A DNA stretch of 56,070 nucleotides, filler included, from Sluysia triapertura (Eukaryota), in the NCBI GenBank assembly GCA_046118255.1. It is 4 parts of 4 records of this genome, joined end to end, with 100 filler letters (N's around TTAATTAATTAA, not from the genome) between each part and the next. Parts side by side here need not be neighbours in the genome. Positions count along the whole stretch, not along the records: positions 13,885 to 30,632 come from JBJNIA010198153.1; 3 more parts are not named here. One strand, given 5' to 3'. Below are positions 14,642 to 27,699 of this stretch, piece by piece; the first letter of the stretch is position 1, and the number at the start of each line of letters is the position of its first letter. Below the pieces are notes generated by a model. That model worked only from the letters and a program-made list of their open reading frames with translations, was not told where the DNA came from and did no database searches. Position numbers and translations under genes: made by a program.

Positions 14642-15919
14642 TCAGATGTTAATAATGTAATAGTCATCGTTATCAAAATCCAGACTGAAATAATCATCGT
14701 CAAATAATTCATCCATTAACACTGTTTCTTTATCCACTGTATCGTCCAATGAATTTTAAATTTTCCGCTTCTTTGTCGCAGTCACGTTGCCCATATCATT
14801 TAATCCGGTGAGTGTTATGTCTTTATGTTTCATGCTTTTATGTGGAAGATTTTGTGCAGAATTTGTACTATGTAATAGAGAAGAAAATGTAGAAGTAGAT
14901 GGAATTTGATTATTCAAATGTTGATTAATCATTTAGGGTAAAAATGATGCATCTCTCTGCTTAATCAATTCAAAAAGTGATGTATAACCTTGTGCTAATT
15001 TTGTGCAAGTATTTCTCGGTGGAAATGGATACAACAGTTTTACTACTTTCCTAGCACGATTTGACGGATGAAATGATGAGTATGAAACTAAATTTGTAGA
15101 AGTTAAATTGATAATGTCACGTAACCATCCAAAAGGTATTTGAAATGTCCTAATAATAAATTCCGGTCATCAAGCTACAAGTATATGATCATGTAATGTA
15201 ATTAACCAAAATTTTCTTATTTCTGCAATATCTCTCGCATCTTTTAGATCATTTTCTCTTAATCCATGTTCTACCTTGAGAAAATCCTTAATTATCATTC
15301 TTGGTTTTATAAGTTCTTCGGAATGATATTGTTTATGATATGGTGTAAAACCAGCTCAAATAATTTGATGTCTATCATGAAAATCTAAAGCCAAATTAAT
15401 TGCTACAAATATTAAATAATCCTTATTAGCTTTATCTTCGTAAGGTAAATTCGTGAAATTTAAACCTTGTTGCCAAATATTTATGTTATCAACATCAGAT
15501 TCATATAATAATGGAAAAATTGTTAAGTCTATTATATCCACAAGTTTTTCGAAAAGAACAGCAAATGTTGTTGGTAGTTCTTCGGCTTCTACTTGGATTC
15601 TAAGATTTTCCTTTATATTAGAGAGAAGAATCCTTGTATACCAGAGTGTAAAGGAAGATTATTAATGAATAACGTTACTTTCAATGCTCCTCTAGCTACT
15701 GTTATTAGGATCATACCTTTTTCTACTGGAAAGCCTTCTAATGCTTTTACTCCGTAAAGATAAGTAATAAAATGTATCCATTTCATTCTTCAGAAAATTT
15801 GGAGTTGATTTTGAATCTAAGAATACAAATGGAGTATCATTGTTACCACAAAATCTATCTATTCCATTATAGAAGGAATTAATATTGTTTATTATATGCG
15901 CATGTGGATAATCCGACAT
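14642..15919 (-). pseudogene. Cassette copy 1, ORF-B: about 420 codons, frameshifted; beta-rich (possibly cupin-like) N-terminal region, KKRK, acidic tail
   Basis: MSDYPHAHIINNINSFYNGIDRFC... / ITVARGALKVTLFINN / LSNIKENLRIQVEAEELPTTFAVLF... continuing through stops to TKKRKI*...DELFDDDYFSLDFDNDD. Homologous to 20355-21015. Confidence 0.65.
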
Positions 15920-16088
15920 TATAGCTTCTTCGAAGTATAAGAATAATACATAAAATATATAAATATTGTTAACAATGAAAAAATAATCGTTAGTTCAATA
16001 TTGGTAATTTTTTATTTCTTTATTAATATACTCTTAAATCCTATGTATTTTAGGAAATTAAAATAAAAAAGAATTGAAGGAAATTAAA

Positions 16089-16553
16089 TTATTGATTGTT
16101 CTTCTTTAAAAATTTATGTTTTCTTAGTCTTTGATATTTCTTATATAATCCTGCCTGCTTGTAAAATTTTCTCACTTCCCTACGTCGGCGACTGTGCTTT
16201 TGAGATTTCTTCAACCCAGGAGGGAAATTTGTTGGAGGAACAACTAAAGTGTTTGGAGTATTTTTATTGAGTTCCTCTGGTTGTATTATTTCCACTTCAT
16301 GTACTTCTATACCTCTTTCCAATATATGCGGTGGAATTTTCTCAAAGATGTATTCGTAGAGAAAGGTTGTCTTACGGAATACATTCATACTTATAAGCTG
16401 AATCCTACAAAGAGGACAGTCTACCGTTTCCCCTACAGAATGTTTGAAAAGAACTACCATACATTCAAAGTGAGCTTTATGATCGCAAAGTGACATCTTT
16501 ATGTACTTTTTGTGAATACTTTTTTGACATATGGGGCAACATGTGAAAACCAT
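16089..16553 (-). CDS. Cassette copy 1: intronless RING-H2 finger protein with basic C-terminal tail (putative E3 ligase)
   Basis: CPIC...CDHKAHFEC...CPLC gives the C3H2C3 ligand set; tail SRRRREVRKFYK...KKYQRLRKHK; intact 154-aa ORF. Confidence 0.85.
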   Translation of the reverse strand: MVFTCCPICQKSIHKKYIKMSLCDHKAHFECMVVLFKHSVGETVDCPLCRIQLISMNVFRKTTFLYEYIFEKIPPHILERGIEVHEVEIIQPEELNKNTPNTLVVPPTNFPPGLKKSQKHSRRRREVRKFYKQAGLYKKYQRLRKHKFLKKNNQ

Positions 16554-16879
16554 GTTCTGAAATGCAATACAGAAATTAAAAAAAAAGAAATAAAAAAATA
16601 TAATAATATTAAAGTTTTTTATAAATTATATATTAAAAATCATATTTTATATTTTTACAAATTAAAACTATATAAATTAAAACTGTTTATATTAAAAAAC
16701 TTAAAAACTATGTTATACATGTAAAAATCCTAACAGCTAATATTGACATTTTAAATGACAGTATTAGAATTTGGCAGCCTGTCAGACAGAAGAAAACCGT
16801 ACTGATTACTGCCTATTTTTCATACGTCATTATACCCTACACTTTAATGGTCTTTAAATAATTATTTTTGTATCTTGGG

Positions 16880-17647
16880 TTATTTTGGTTTAGTACAAAT
16901 TTTATAATGTTTTCTATAATGATATTAACCATAAGTGTAGAATAAAGCATAATTATTAAGATGTAAAAATATACGTTAATTTTAATATCATTTGGTTGAA
17001 TGTTAATCGATGTTAAATTATTATAGTTCTGAAGGTTAGTTATTTTAGTATTGTCTTGAGTTACTGAGGATTTTAATGTCTTCTTCTTGTAGTACTTACG
17101 AACTTTTTTACTTTTTATTGTTATGTTTGTGATAGGTATTACTAAATAGGTATTTAATGTTTCATTATTTGTAAGTATCCATGCGTGTATTATTGATAAT
17201 AATGAATCAGCTTGATAATTTAGTTTGACTGTTTGTTTTGGTGCTATGAATCCATAAGTATATCCTGTGTTTATATAATATCTGACAATAATTAATTGTT
17301 TTCTAATGGATTTGTTATCTTAACAAAATTATGACCATACTTTTTTGCTAATATTAAGCATTTCATCGCTATCTTATCAAAGAATATATAATGGTTAGTT
17401 TGAATCAATGATCTTGTGTATATATTGTCCTATCTATTAATTCAATAGTTATCGTAACTTTATAAAATTGAAATTCGAATAATTCGTCACAATTAATTAT
17501 CCAGTATTTAGTAGTTTTATAAGGATTGTTTGATGTAATAGACCATTTTTCCAGGCAACATCGTATTGATAAATATATCAGTTTCTTGTCTATTATTTTA
17601 ATAACAGCTATTATCTCATCTGTTTTCGATTGAATTGATAGTTGCAT
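16880..17647 (-). pseudogene. Cassette copy 1, ORF-C: membrane-anchored protein with S/T-rich stalk (frameshifted)
   Basis: ORF 17405-17647 continues across frameshifts into IIHAWILTNNETLNTYLVIPI...KSSVTQDNTKITN...VYFYILIIMLYSTLMVNII. Matches 21925-22441. Confidence 0.5.
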
Positions 17648-17721
17648 ATTATAATAATAAGGAATTCTTTTATTTATACTATTTTTTGTGATTTTTGATG
17701 CATAAGTATCAGAAATTCAAG

Positions 17722-18258
17722 TTAGACAGATACAGAGTAAAACATAGACACCTGTATTCCACTATAATGTGTAGGAATTCTTGTATTACTATTATAATCA
17801 TAAATTACTTGTGGTATCATTGGTGGTCCTGGAGGAGCAAAGAATGAATGATTTCGTGAAATTGAATAGTGATTATTGTTATCATCATTGTTTGACGAAT
17901 GCGTATTTTTGCACTTAGTAGTAATAAATATATCAATCATTAATAATGCTATTATTATTGCTATTATAAATAAAGTACCTGAACTTAATAAAATTATTAT
18001 TGATGGATCCTTAGTCAACTTCTTTAGAATAGTTGTTTTTTCCCGTTTACCTTTTATTGAATAGTGTAACTGTTGAATAGCTTTAGCATGATTTTTTACA
18101 AACATAACTATGTGTCTATCCTTCGTTGCCATAAAATCCCTGCAAATTGTTATTGGATACATAGTTTTAGGTATACTTTGTTTGTAAACTTTCCATATGC
18201 TGAAATTAAATCTTGCGGGGTTTATACAAATATATTGTGCTTCGATACTGTTATCCAT
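17722..18258 (-). CDS. Cassette copy 1, ORF-D: single-pass membrane protein with Pro/Tyr-rich tail
   Basis: Intact 178-aa intronless ORF; hydrophobic run IIILLSSGTLFIIAIIIALLMIDIFI; tail APPGPPMIPQVIYDY. Confidence 0.6.
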   Translation of the reverse strand: MDNSIEAQYICINPARFNFSIWKVYKQSIPKTMYPITICRDFMATKDRHIVMFVKNHAKAIQQLHYSIKGKREKTTILKKLTKDPSIIILLSSGTLFIIAIIIALLMIDIFITTKCKNTHSSNNDDNNNHYSISRNHSFFAPPGPPMIPQVIYDYNSNTRIPTHYSGIQVSMFYSVSV

Positions 18259-18395
18259 TATTTTAACTTATATCTTTGTGTCGTAATTATAAAAATCAAA
18301 ATATTTGGGTCGATAAACTCTTTATGATCCATCCTAAATGGTCATTAAAAATTAACAACACTAATAACATTACATCTCTTTTCATATTTGAAGTT

Positions 18396-18397
<2 letters not shown>

Positions 18398-18461
<64 letters not shown>
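18398..18461. repeat. (AAT)n microsatellite
   Basis: About 21 perfect AAT units; explains the poly-Ile ORF. Confidence 0.95.
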
Positions 18462-18464
<3 letters not shown>

Positions 18465-18910
18465 TTCTAATAATGTAATAATAATTTTAAATATAATAAT
18501 TTTAATAATAATAAAAGTATTACTAATAATAATATTAATAACAACTATTTATTTTACATCCTATCTAAAATTATTTAATATTTCCTTATGAATTTACAAA
18601 AAGTATACATTTACATATACAAAATCATTTAATTACTTTTGCAAGACTAGATTTATTCATAATACCAATAACAATCATTTATTTTAAAGATTTTAAATAC
18701 TTTATAAGATTACTCGAAGATCTTAGATGCCTAACAAGGTTTCAAGAATACTTAAAGGTTAATAAAGTCTCAGATTCACAAGCTCAAAGGTACTCTAATA
18801 TTTTCAAATGTTTTTCAAGTCCATTTTGTATTGATTTTTCATATACTTGTAATTTCATACGTTTTCCATCCATATTCAGTTTTACATTTGGGCAATGGAT
18901 TCAGCTGCAG

Positions 18911-18950
18911 ATATATATATATATATATATATATATAGATATATATATAT
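18911..18950. repeat. (AT)n microsatellite
   Basis: Direct read. Confidence 0.95.
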
Positions 18951-20200
18951 GAGCCAGAAGCTTATCAAAAACGAATAGAATTCTAGAATGTTCTATTTTT
19001 AGAAATTAGATCTCCTTTTAGAAAACAACAATTTTAAATGATTTTAGAGAGTTGCAATGACAAGCTAACAACATAAACATCTTTTTCTTACTAGTACTTT
19101 ACACAAAGAACCAAGACGGGAATGTAGTACATAATATTATATATCACACTTTTGAATAAATTATTATAGCATGGTTAGTTGTCAGATTAAATTCCCATAG
19201 ATTATAACAGGTGTTCCAGTGATACGTGGATCACTTTTCTGATTAATTGACCATTAAAATGAACTTTGACTATTTAAAATATTACTCAATGCAAACACTT
19301 TAATTTCCATAGACGTGCAAATAAACTAAGCTCTCCATGCTTGTGCGAATATAATTCTTAACATGTTATAAAATATTTTTGATCAGGATACGGCTACAGT
19401 GTACGTCTTGTAATTTGAAGTGGTCGTATTTGTAACTAAAATTCGATAATGATCAATATAAAATCGCTTTACTTGTGTGAGGATTGGTGAGGATTGGTGA
19501 GGATTGAGGATCAGAACACTATTTTGATTATATTATTTAATAACTTATTTTATTCATTATTTATTTGTTAGCTATAATTATTTAATGATCATTTATTTTA
19601 TTTATTCATTTTATAAAAATGCTTATTATTATTACAAAAAATAAAGGAAGATTTAAAAAAAATTAAAATTAAAATCTAAATCTAAATTAAATCTTAAAGA
19701 AGTAGAAAATAATCATATTTAAAAAATTAAAATTGTCTAAATTTTGTTTCATTAGACAAAATTAGTATATTTTGTTTTAATGGAACAATTATTTAAATAT
19801 AATAAACACCGCAATATGGCGGTTAGAAATTCTGTATATAAATTGGTGACTTTGCAGAATTTCTACCAGTCATTAGCAAGAAAATTTTATTCTACAGGAC
19901 GCAGATTAATTTTCCATGAAAGTAAGATTTTTAATTGTATGTTTTTTCATCTTCTCACCGTAAAAGGGAGAGTAAATTCAGACTTAAAATCTTTGTCATA
20001 GTTTTGCATATACCGTAATTTGGATAAGTCAAAATCATCAAACTAAATTCATTAAATCGAATTTAAGTATCCTAAAATAATTATCATTATTATATATTTA
20101 CACCTTGTATCTATTTTGTATAAGTCATATCTTTGAATAATAAAACTTCAGGCTAATTACTCGAGTTTTTTATTACTTAAAGACAAAATCATCATTAAAC

Positions 20201-20322
20201 GCTAGACCGTAATAAGGCTAGCTTAAAATCATAAAATAATATCAAAAGCTTTCAACGATTAGACCGTAACCGGCTAATTTAATATTTTATTTTACTAAAG
20301 TTAGACCGTAAAAAGGCTAACT
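20201..20322 (-). repeat. Array of three bulged hairpins 3' of cassette copy 2
   Basis: GCTAGACCGTAATAAGGCTAGC, ATTAGACCGTAACCGGCTAAT, AGTTAGACCGTAAAAAGGCTAACT. Confidence 0.8.
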
Positions 20323-20354
20323 AAAAATCATTTAAATTACATATATTTAAAAGT

Positions 20355-21015
20355 ATTAAAATAACTTCATATTCGTCGTACGTAATCCTCGCCTTAAGTT
20401 GATAATCTTTACGCGATCTTTTCTAAGTTGAATGAAATGCTAACAGACCGCCGTCGTTCAGACTTAAGCCGTTTTCTGTTAGGCGAACTCTTTCCAGGTT
20501 AATATTTGCATCGTAAGTTAGGTGATAACAACTTTGCATCAGTATCCTCAGCAAAAGGAAGAAAGGATGGGGCAAAAAGAGGGATTGGTGGTAATACAAA
20601 GAGGATAGCGATGTGGGTTGGAAACTCGAGAGCTTCCACTAAGATTTCGCAATCTTTTGTCTACTCGGAAAGGTGGAGAATTGACAAACCTTCTATACGC
20701 AAAATCAACAGAGTCCCTTCGACAATTAGTGTAATTTTAACAGATCCCCGTGCGGATACAACATACATAGTGTCAAACATAGCTGGTATATTGGCTAGAT
20801 TTCGCGAAGAGATGAGGCGTTGTTTTGGGGTTAATGAAGAGATATGAGTCGTCAGGTTCGGACTTTAATTTACACTCGGTATCAAAAGAATTAGGGAAAA
20901 AGGTAGGGGTGGGATTTTCGGAACAAAAGCGATCGATAGAATTATAAAAGGCCCGAATTTGATTGATAATGTTTGCTTGTGGGCGCTGGGTATGTTGGAG
21001 TTGTTGTTGTTGCAT
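20355..21015 (-). pseudogene. Cassette copy 2, ORF-B homolog (frameshifted)
   Basis: MQQQQLQHTQRPQANIINQIRAFYNSIDRFC... / VVSARGSVKITLIVEG...LSE*TKDCEILVEALEFPTHIAILF aligns with copy 1. Confidence 0.7.
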
Positions 21016-21166
21016 TGATTTTGGACTGAAGAAAAATAAAACTGTAGTATAATAGAATAAGTATATAAAAATTATAAAACGAGGGATTCCGTACAAGTAA
21101 TTTATTGTCGATTTATAATTGTTATTTTATTACAGTAAATAATAATATTTAGGAATTAATATTGCT

Positions 21167-21585
21167 TCAAAAAGGATTATCGCACAATCGTTTATTCTTT
21201 ATATAAAATTTTCTGAGTTGGCGTCGTCGGTAATTACGTCTGGGCACCTGAAATTCGTTATACAGGAAGGTAACACCTGGGGAAGTTGGAGGTTGATATC
21301 AACACTCGTGTTTTCCTGGAGCCCTTGAACAGCTACAACAGGAGTTGAATTTGGTTGGATGTATTTTATAGTAAATTAATAGGATCTACGAAAAACTTTT
21401 TTTATAGTAGATGTCACATTCCGTAATTGTGGCTCGACATAGAGGACAAGGAGGTAAAGGAGTTAAAGCGGAGTCAAATAAGAAATAGAGACATCGAAAA
21501 CGGAAACGGTGCTTACAAGGTATTGCTATGGCATAATATTTGTGGATTGGTCTATGGCATATCGAACATAGTGTAAATCGTAATA
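21167..21585 (-). pseudogene. Cassette copy 2: RING-H2 homolog (absent from ORF track)
   Basis: FTLCSICHRPIHKYYAIAIPCKHRFRFRCLYFLFDSALTPLPPCPLCR...RRNYRRRQLRKFY. One His ligand is Arg, no ATG, reading frame disrupted. Confidence 0.8.
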
Positions 21586-21924
21586 AAGATTGTTTTTTTG
21601 CTAAAAAGTAAAATTGTATAATAAGATAATAACTACTTAAAGGAAGTAAAATTAATTTATCCTAATAAAATATATTGATAAAATTTATTCCTAACTAGAT
21701 AATTAATGCTATGTATGATTTTAATAAAATATGAGTTCCAACACCATCCTTCACACAACCGAAAATGGATAGTTAACAGCCATCACATATGTTTAGTAAA
21801 CAGGGAAATGCTATAACTCATATTTTATACTTATATAATTTATACATTAACGAAAAAATGATTTTTATGCCTTATAAATATGTAAAACTTATGAATTTGA
21901 AATACAATGCGTATAAATGAAGTA

Positions 21925-22441
21925 AAACTTAATAAAATGCGATAACTAAATATAGCATGATATAGATTTACAGAAGTAGTAGGAAATTTAAACGTGAATG
22001 ATTATATGATTGTGAACTTATATTTTTACTTCGTACCGTAATGTAATTAGTAGTCCTGACATTATTTGTAGTATTTAACATACTTAACGTAGTAGTGGTA
22101 GTAACTGGTGTTTGATAATTTATGACACCTAATTTGTCTAAAATAGGTACCACTAAATTGCACGCTCTATACTCTGGTCAAAATCCAAGAGTATCGTGGT
22201 GAATCTCGTTGTAACGTAAAATCCAAATTTCAATAAATGTGAGGTTACGTTCTGGCACAAAAAATAAATGAATACTTGTGTTGGGAAGTATTCGCGCGTA
22301 ATGTTGTTCTTTATCAAATATTCCATCGAAGTTTTTACTAGAATGATTCTTTTTATTTGCTTCATAACTTATTAATATACTAAGTTTCGTTAAAAGATTC
22401 GATACACGAACGAAGTTATTATCCTCCATATACATTATCAT
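21925..22441 (-). pseudogene. Cassette copy 2, ORF-C homolog
   Basis: ORFs 22178-22441 and 21968-22153 are in one frame across a TGA: FIEIWILRYNEI...NLVVPI...VTTTTTLSMLNTT...LNFLLLL*IYIMLYLVI. Confidence 0.55.
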
Positions 22442-25400
22442 TGAAAATTTAATAGTTGTTGATATATGATTAAAAGTATATAGTTTGTTCTAATTCTGTA
22501 ATTATATATATTGGCATAAATCCTAAATATAGAGTGACATTGAATAATTGATTTTCCATAAGACCATCTGTAGTGTCCTACTCACTCACCCATCTTCAAC
22601 ACAGGCATTCACAAACATCTATTACACATTACATCAACATATCATAACTTAAATAAAATATAATATCTTTTAACTTGAATAATATATAATATACTGTAAT
22701 TTAAACAGATTATAATATATTTAAATTACAATAATTTATTATATAATATTACTTTTAATTCGCCGTGATCACCTTTTCCAACTCCATCAACATTGCGTAA
22801 ATTTTCACATCCTTTCTTTTTGTTATTATTAGTAACATTATATGTTTATTATTATTGTTACAACTTTTATTATCTCCTGAAATGGTTACAACCTTTACAA
22901 CAATTTTATTTTCGAAATCAGGTACTTATTTTATAATGGTCCTTTTCAGTAATTATAGAGTTGTTTTTTGTGTACGGATTGAATACGAAATCAATGTTAT
23001 ACATTTGAAACATTATTATATAATTTAATTTGTCAAATCTACCAACGGATTATACTTTATTAATTTTATTCGGTGCATGTTTCTTCTTTTTTAGTTATAT
23101 CTAATCATTTCAATTAAAAGGTAAGTATATTTCATACTTATTGTGTATTATATATTTTCTTAGCCATATTTATTATTGCACATTGTCAAATTGTTGGCCA
23201 CAGATCAATATTAAATATCACTATACAAATGTACATAAATGCAATGCACACACACACTCACTACATTCACATAGAAAAAGTGTACACATTGGAGAATATT
23301 TCATTGTTTTTAATAATTGCAAAAAAATCTTTTAAACTGCTTCATCAAAAAGTACGGAAATGCATCTTTTTAGACGAAATCTTCTCTATTGTGTACTTGT
23401 ATGTTTTAGATCATGGTCTAGTTATTTATTTTCTATTCGGTAGAAAACATTGTGTATATTTTTAATGTGTATAAAGTGTAATATTAAACATTTTGTTTTC
23501 CCAGGAATTTGTATCAAAGTGTGATAAATCTGTATAAAACAAAATTTTAAAATTTATTTTTATCGAAATGATTATTTTATCTATGGGGAATTATACATTT
23601 ATTCCTTTAATTTTGGATTGCTTTGCTTCTTTTGTTAAATGCTATATATATTATACATTATATACTTGTTTTTTATTAAAAGCAACAAATGAATTTGTTT
23701 TTTGTTAATTTTTGTTTGTGTGGGTGGAAGATGATGATGTTTTGTTATATTATTTCGATGAGTTTTTGAAAAAATTAGAAAATTTCTCGATTTTACTTTT
23801 TCAATAAATAGTTTATTTTATTATTTTATTTGTATAATTCGCGCATTATCTATTCATTTATCTATTCATTTATTTTGTCGTCATATCTTTGAAAACGGTA
23901 CTTTTAGATGTTTGTTAAAACAAGAACATTAAGTTAATAAAAATTATTATCAATTTAGTTATTAATATTATTATTTTGTTGGAAAATATTATCCAGTTAT
24001 TCTTTGTTAATATTTATTTATATATCTTACTTGTTTTGACTAACATTTTACAAATATAAGTGCTAATTTATATATTGTATTGTTTTTTTCTGTTGTGATT
24101 TTTGATTTGTGAGATTTTGATTGTAAAAATGTATATGATATATTTATATAATTTAAACTTGCTCTATTCAAAAATATTACTATATTATCATTAATATTAT
24201 CCAGTCTCTTATATATTTAAAAATTTAACAGGTGTTTAGTATATAAAATGTGTTTTTAATTATCTTTTTATTTGAATAATTTCTTCTAATACAAAGATAA
24301 TTTTTAGTTGAAATTGTGAATTGTTTGAAATATTTTCTATTTTTATATATTTGTAAGGAAGTTGCAGTTGTTTTATTTTGATTATAATTACGATGTTCCT
24401 CAAATATTGCATTTGTTTAATGATTAACTGCCAGTAATATATCCGAATAAGTAATTAATGGAAAAATAAATATAAAAAGCACAGTAAATACTTAGCAGAT
24501 TTTAAAATAATTTTTGAGTCAGTTGGAGACACTTAATATTACAAATTAGTAGTATTATGGTTCACGACTCAGTAAAACGTTGTAAAGAAAGAATTATATA
24601 TATATTTTGTGCCCCGAAATGCAAAATTGTTTCTAGAACAATAGAAAAAGAAATAAATTTAATTTATAGTGCTTTTTGATTATGTGGGGTGCCAGGCTGA
24701 GGTTAAGATTTCGGCACGACACTGGTACTGAAATGTGAATAATTACCCGAGATATTTTTAATGCAAGGACAATTGAATTTTGAGTCTTGCAAATTAAAAG
24801 TTAATATCCCATTTAGAAATATATGATTCGGTTTGAAAATGAGTAGCAAAAATAAATTATATAGAAAATAGTGATGGATACACGTTTTTTAAATGTAATT
24901 GTGAACAAAATTTGTTAATGCTCTAAATTGAAATGGCTATTAAAAATTAATATGGTAAAGTAATTCTTTTATGATAAGAAATTGCAGATGTATAATCAGA
25001 ATAAAAATATTAAAAATCAAACTAAAATGGCAATAAATGAAATCTCAAAATAATCAAATAAGTAATATCGTCGTTTCTTGTCATTTATTATTCTGGTTGT
25101 TTTGATTAAAGATCCATCTACTGTAAGCTTTTTGTTTCAGTTTTTTTTATAAATAAACAGTTTTAATATTTTCATGATTTGGACCAACATTAATCTTAAG
25201 TATTAGATAATACTTTCAATGTCATCTTAGTTTTCATCTAAATTTAATTATTACTAATTTTTAACTTAAAAAATAAATACATCAAAAGTTAATGAAAATG
25301 TAAGAGAAATGTAACAATGTATCTCCTAAGGATAAAGGTGTCATTACGTGGCAATTTTGTCTTATCACTGTGTGGCGTGTAGTGATGCGTTTATTGTTAT

Positions 25401-25659
25401 TTTAATATGGTAAAACGTTACATTAATTTCTGATGATATAAAAGATTGTGAGGGCTTGAAATTATAAATAACATTGAACTGTTTATAAAGTTTAAACCTT
25501 AAGATAGTACATTTACAATTGAAATTCAGAACCTTATCTAGTATAATATTATGTTGTAATGGTTTGATGGGCTTTATAATTTTAATATTTTTTGTGTATT
25601 TAATGTTATTGAAGTTAGTTACATCACTACTATTATAATTTGTTCTAGTATATAAGAGC

Positions 25660-27321
25660 TCACCCTCAAGCTGGTCGATACTCTCTTCGGAACACTTGTC
25701 GGTAACATCACATGCAATTATTTGCAATATCTCATTGAGCTCTTGTGCGACGTATAACTGAACATCTCTTTGAAGCATTTTATCAAATATTTTAAGATAT
25801 TTCTGGGCTTCTCTACTATTCAATTTAATCTTTTCGATTGTATTAAGTAAACTAAAAATCTTAAGACTTAAAATTGCTATTTATTAAATAAAAAATTTTA
25901 TTAAACACTAAATATGTTGGTTCTAATTTTATTGTAGTGTATAACTTCTTGTCGTCCATGAATCCCGTTTCGTTGTTGGTGGAACAATTATACCTAGAAT
26001 AAATAACATAAATATAATAGTTATAAGACAAAGGATCAATAGATATTATGGTGAAATTATTACCTTGTTTAGTCATATGATTGATCAATTCTTCTTTATC
26101 TTCCATTTTACCTTGCTCATCTCCAACTTCAATATACTCTTTGAACAGTCGATGGACGAAATTGTTACTATCAAAATCTTTGTCTAAGTCAGGAATTACA
26201 ATCGCCGGATAACTTTGGTGCCCATATTCAACAATTTTTTTGTCCACATTACAAATATAATTACCATTGTTTTCATATATCATTAAATGTTTTGACTTTG
26301 ATACTGTTTTTGTGAATTTCATTCCTTGGCCTCTACTAATTAATTCGCCACATAATCTTGCTCTTTCGGTTATTAAACACTGTCTCGAGATAAGATCATT
26401 AATAGAGTCTCGTCTAATCGACTCCAAATCAACATTTGTAGGAAAACTTTCATTAGGGTGCATGAACTTGGTCTGTCTAATATGTACAACTGTTTGCTTA
26501 GCATCTGGTATATAATTTCGGTTTTTAAATTGTATTTTTCTAAATTTTTTTCTTTTATTTCTTCTAATACAATTATCATCTCGATGATATCTTGACTTGG
26601 TATCTCGATATGCATGGTTAGAAAAATTTGCATCCGTAAATTTACCATCTACTGTAGAATTTGTCACTTTAAACTTAGTGTGATTAAATGAATTATTCTG
26701 AATCATTTGAAAAGCTTCAATTGCATCCATAGATAAATTAAAACATTCCAGAATTTTGTCAAGATATTCTTTAACATAGTGTATATTCTTCATGAAGAAT
26801 TGTACATGCCATAGCAAAAATGTTCCCAGGGAGATTACGATTATATCCAATATTATGAATAAAGAACTAAAGATCTTGAATGTAGCATTGATAAGTATAC
26901 TTGAAATATAGTACATTTGAACGAATCTTTAAAAAATAATTTTGTTAAGTCTGCTTTTGATCTTTTGAAAATTTTTCTTTTTAATTTTTTTGTTTCTCCT
27001 TTTCTTTATTTTTGCATGATAGTTTTTAATTATAAATTTGTGATCTAATTTTAGTTTTAGCTGCTAATTGGCCGTTCAGCTAGAATGTTACTCACCCAAT
27101 CAGAGTATTTTGATTATGAGTATAACTGAGTTCATTCTGATTGGGTGAAAGTAATTAACATAAAATTTGCATACTTGTGTGGCGTCATCAGCACAGACAT
27201 TATTAACTTTAAAAATAACTCCGACTTCATCTGACTTTAAATTATCCATCAAGCAAATATTTAAATTATAATGAGAAGGTCGTAGTTTATAATCATCTAT
27301 TGATGTAACTTTATTTGACAT
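25660..27321 (-). CDS. Multi-exon gene or young pseudogene, unknown function; N-terminal hydrophobic segment and basic patch
   Basis: 351-codon ORF (25861-26916) is unlikely by chance at this AT content. Flanking exon-like blocks end in GT donors (DDATQ|gtatg; SIDQLE|gtgag). Stops upstream of the long ORF. Confidence 0.55.
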
Positions 27322-27699
27322 TAATTAATTATTCAAGTCTGATATATCAACTAATATAAAACATTGATAATCGGTATTAAAATTAGACACAATCAAAAAA
27401 GCAGCCATTGTGATAATGATAATCTATTTATAAAATACCATTTATAAATACCACATCAGAATAGAAAATTGTGATAATGATGATAATAATTTTATTTATG
27501 ATTATGATGATGGTGATATGCAATTGTGATGATGAAGATAACGAAAGTGATAGAGGATAAAGAAATGATGATGAAGATGATAATAATTATTATTAATGAT
27601 AGGAAGTAGCTACTTTGGGAGTATTAAACTCTGATAGCATTTATTCAAAACATTTTTATTTATATATTTAAATAATAAAATTGAACTAATTAATTTACA

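Noticed and set aside
18276-18470. Poly-Ile ORF and other short I/N/K/F-rich ORFs
   Set aside because: Products of microsatellites and AT-rich composition.
20201-20322. CRISPR array or hammerhead ribozyme
   Set aside because: Eukaryotic context, irregular spacing, no cas genes; no CTGANGA/GAAA core.
20506-20847. Plus-strand 113-aa ORF
   Set aside because: Antisense shadow of ORF-B copy 2.
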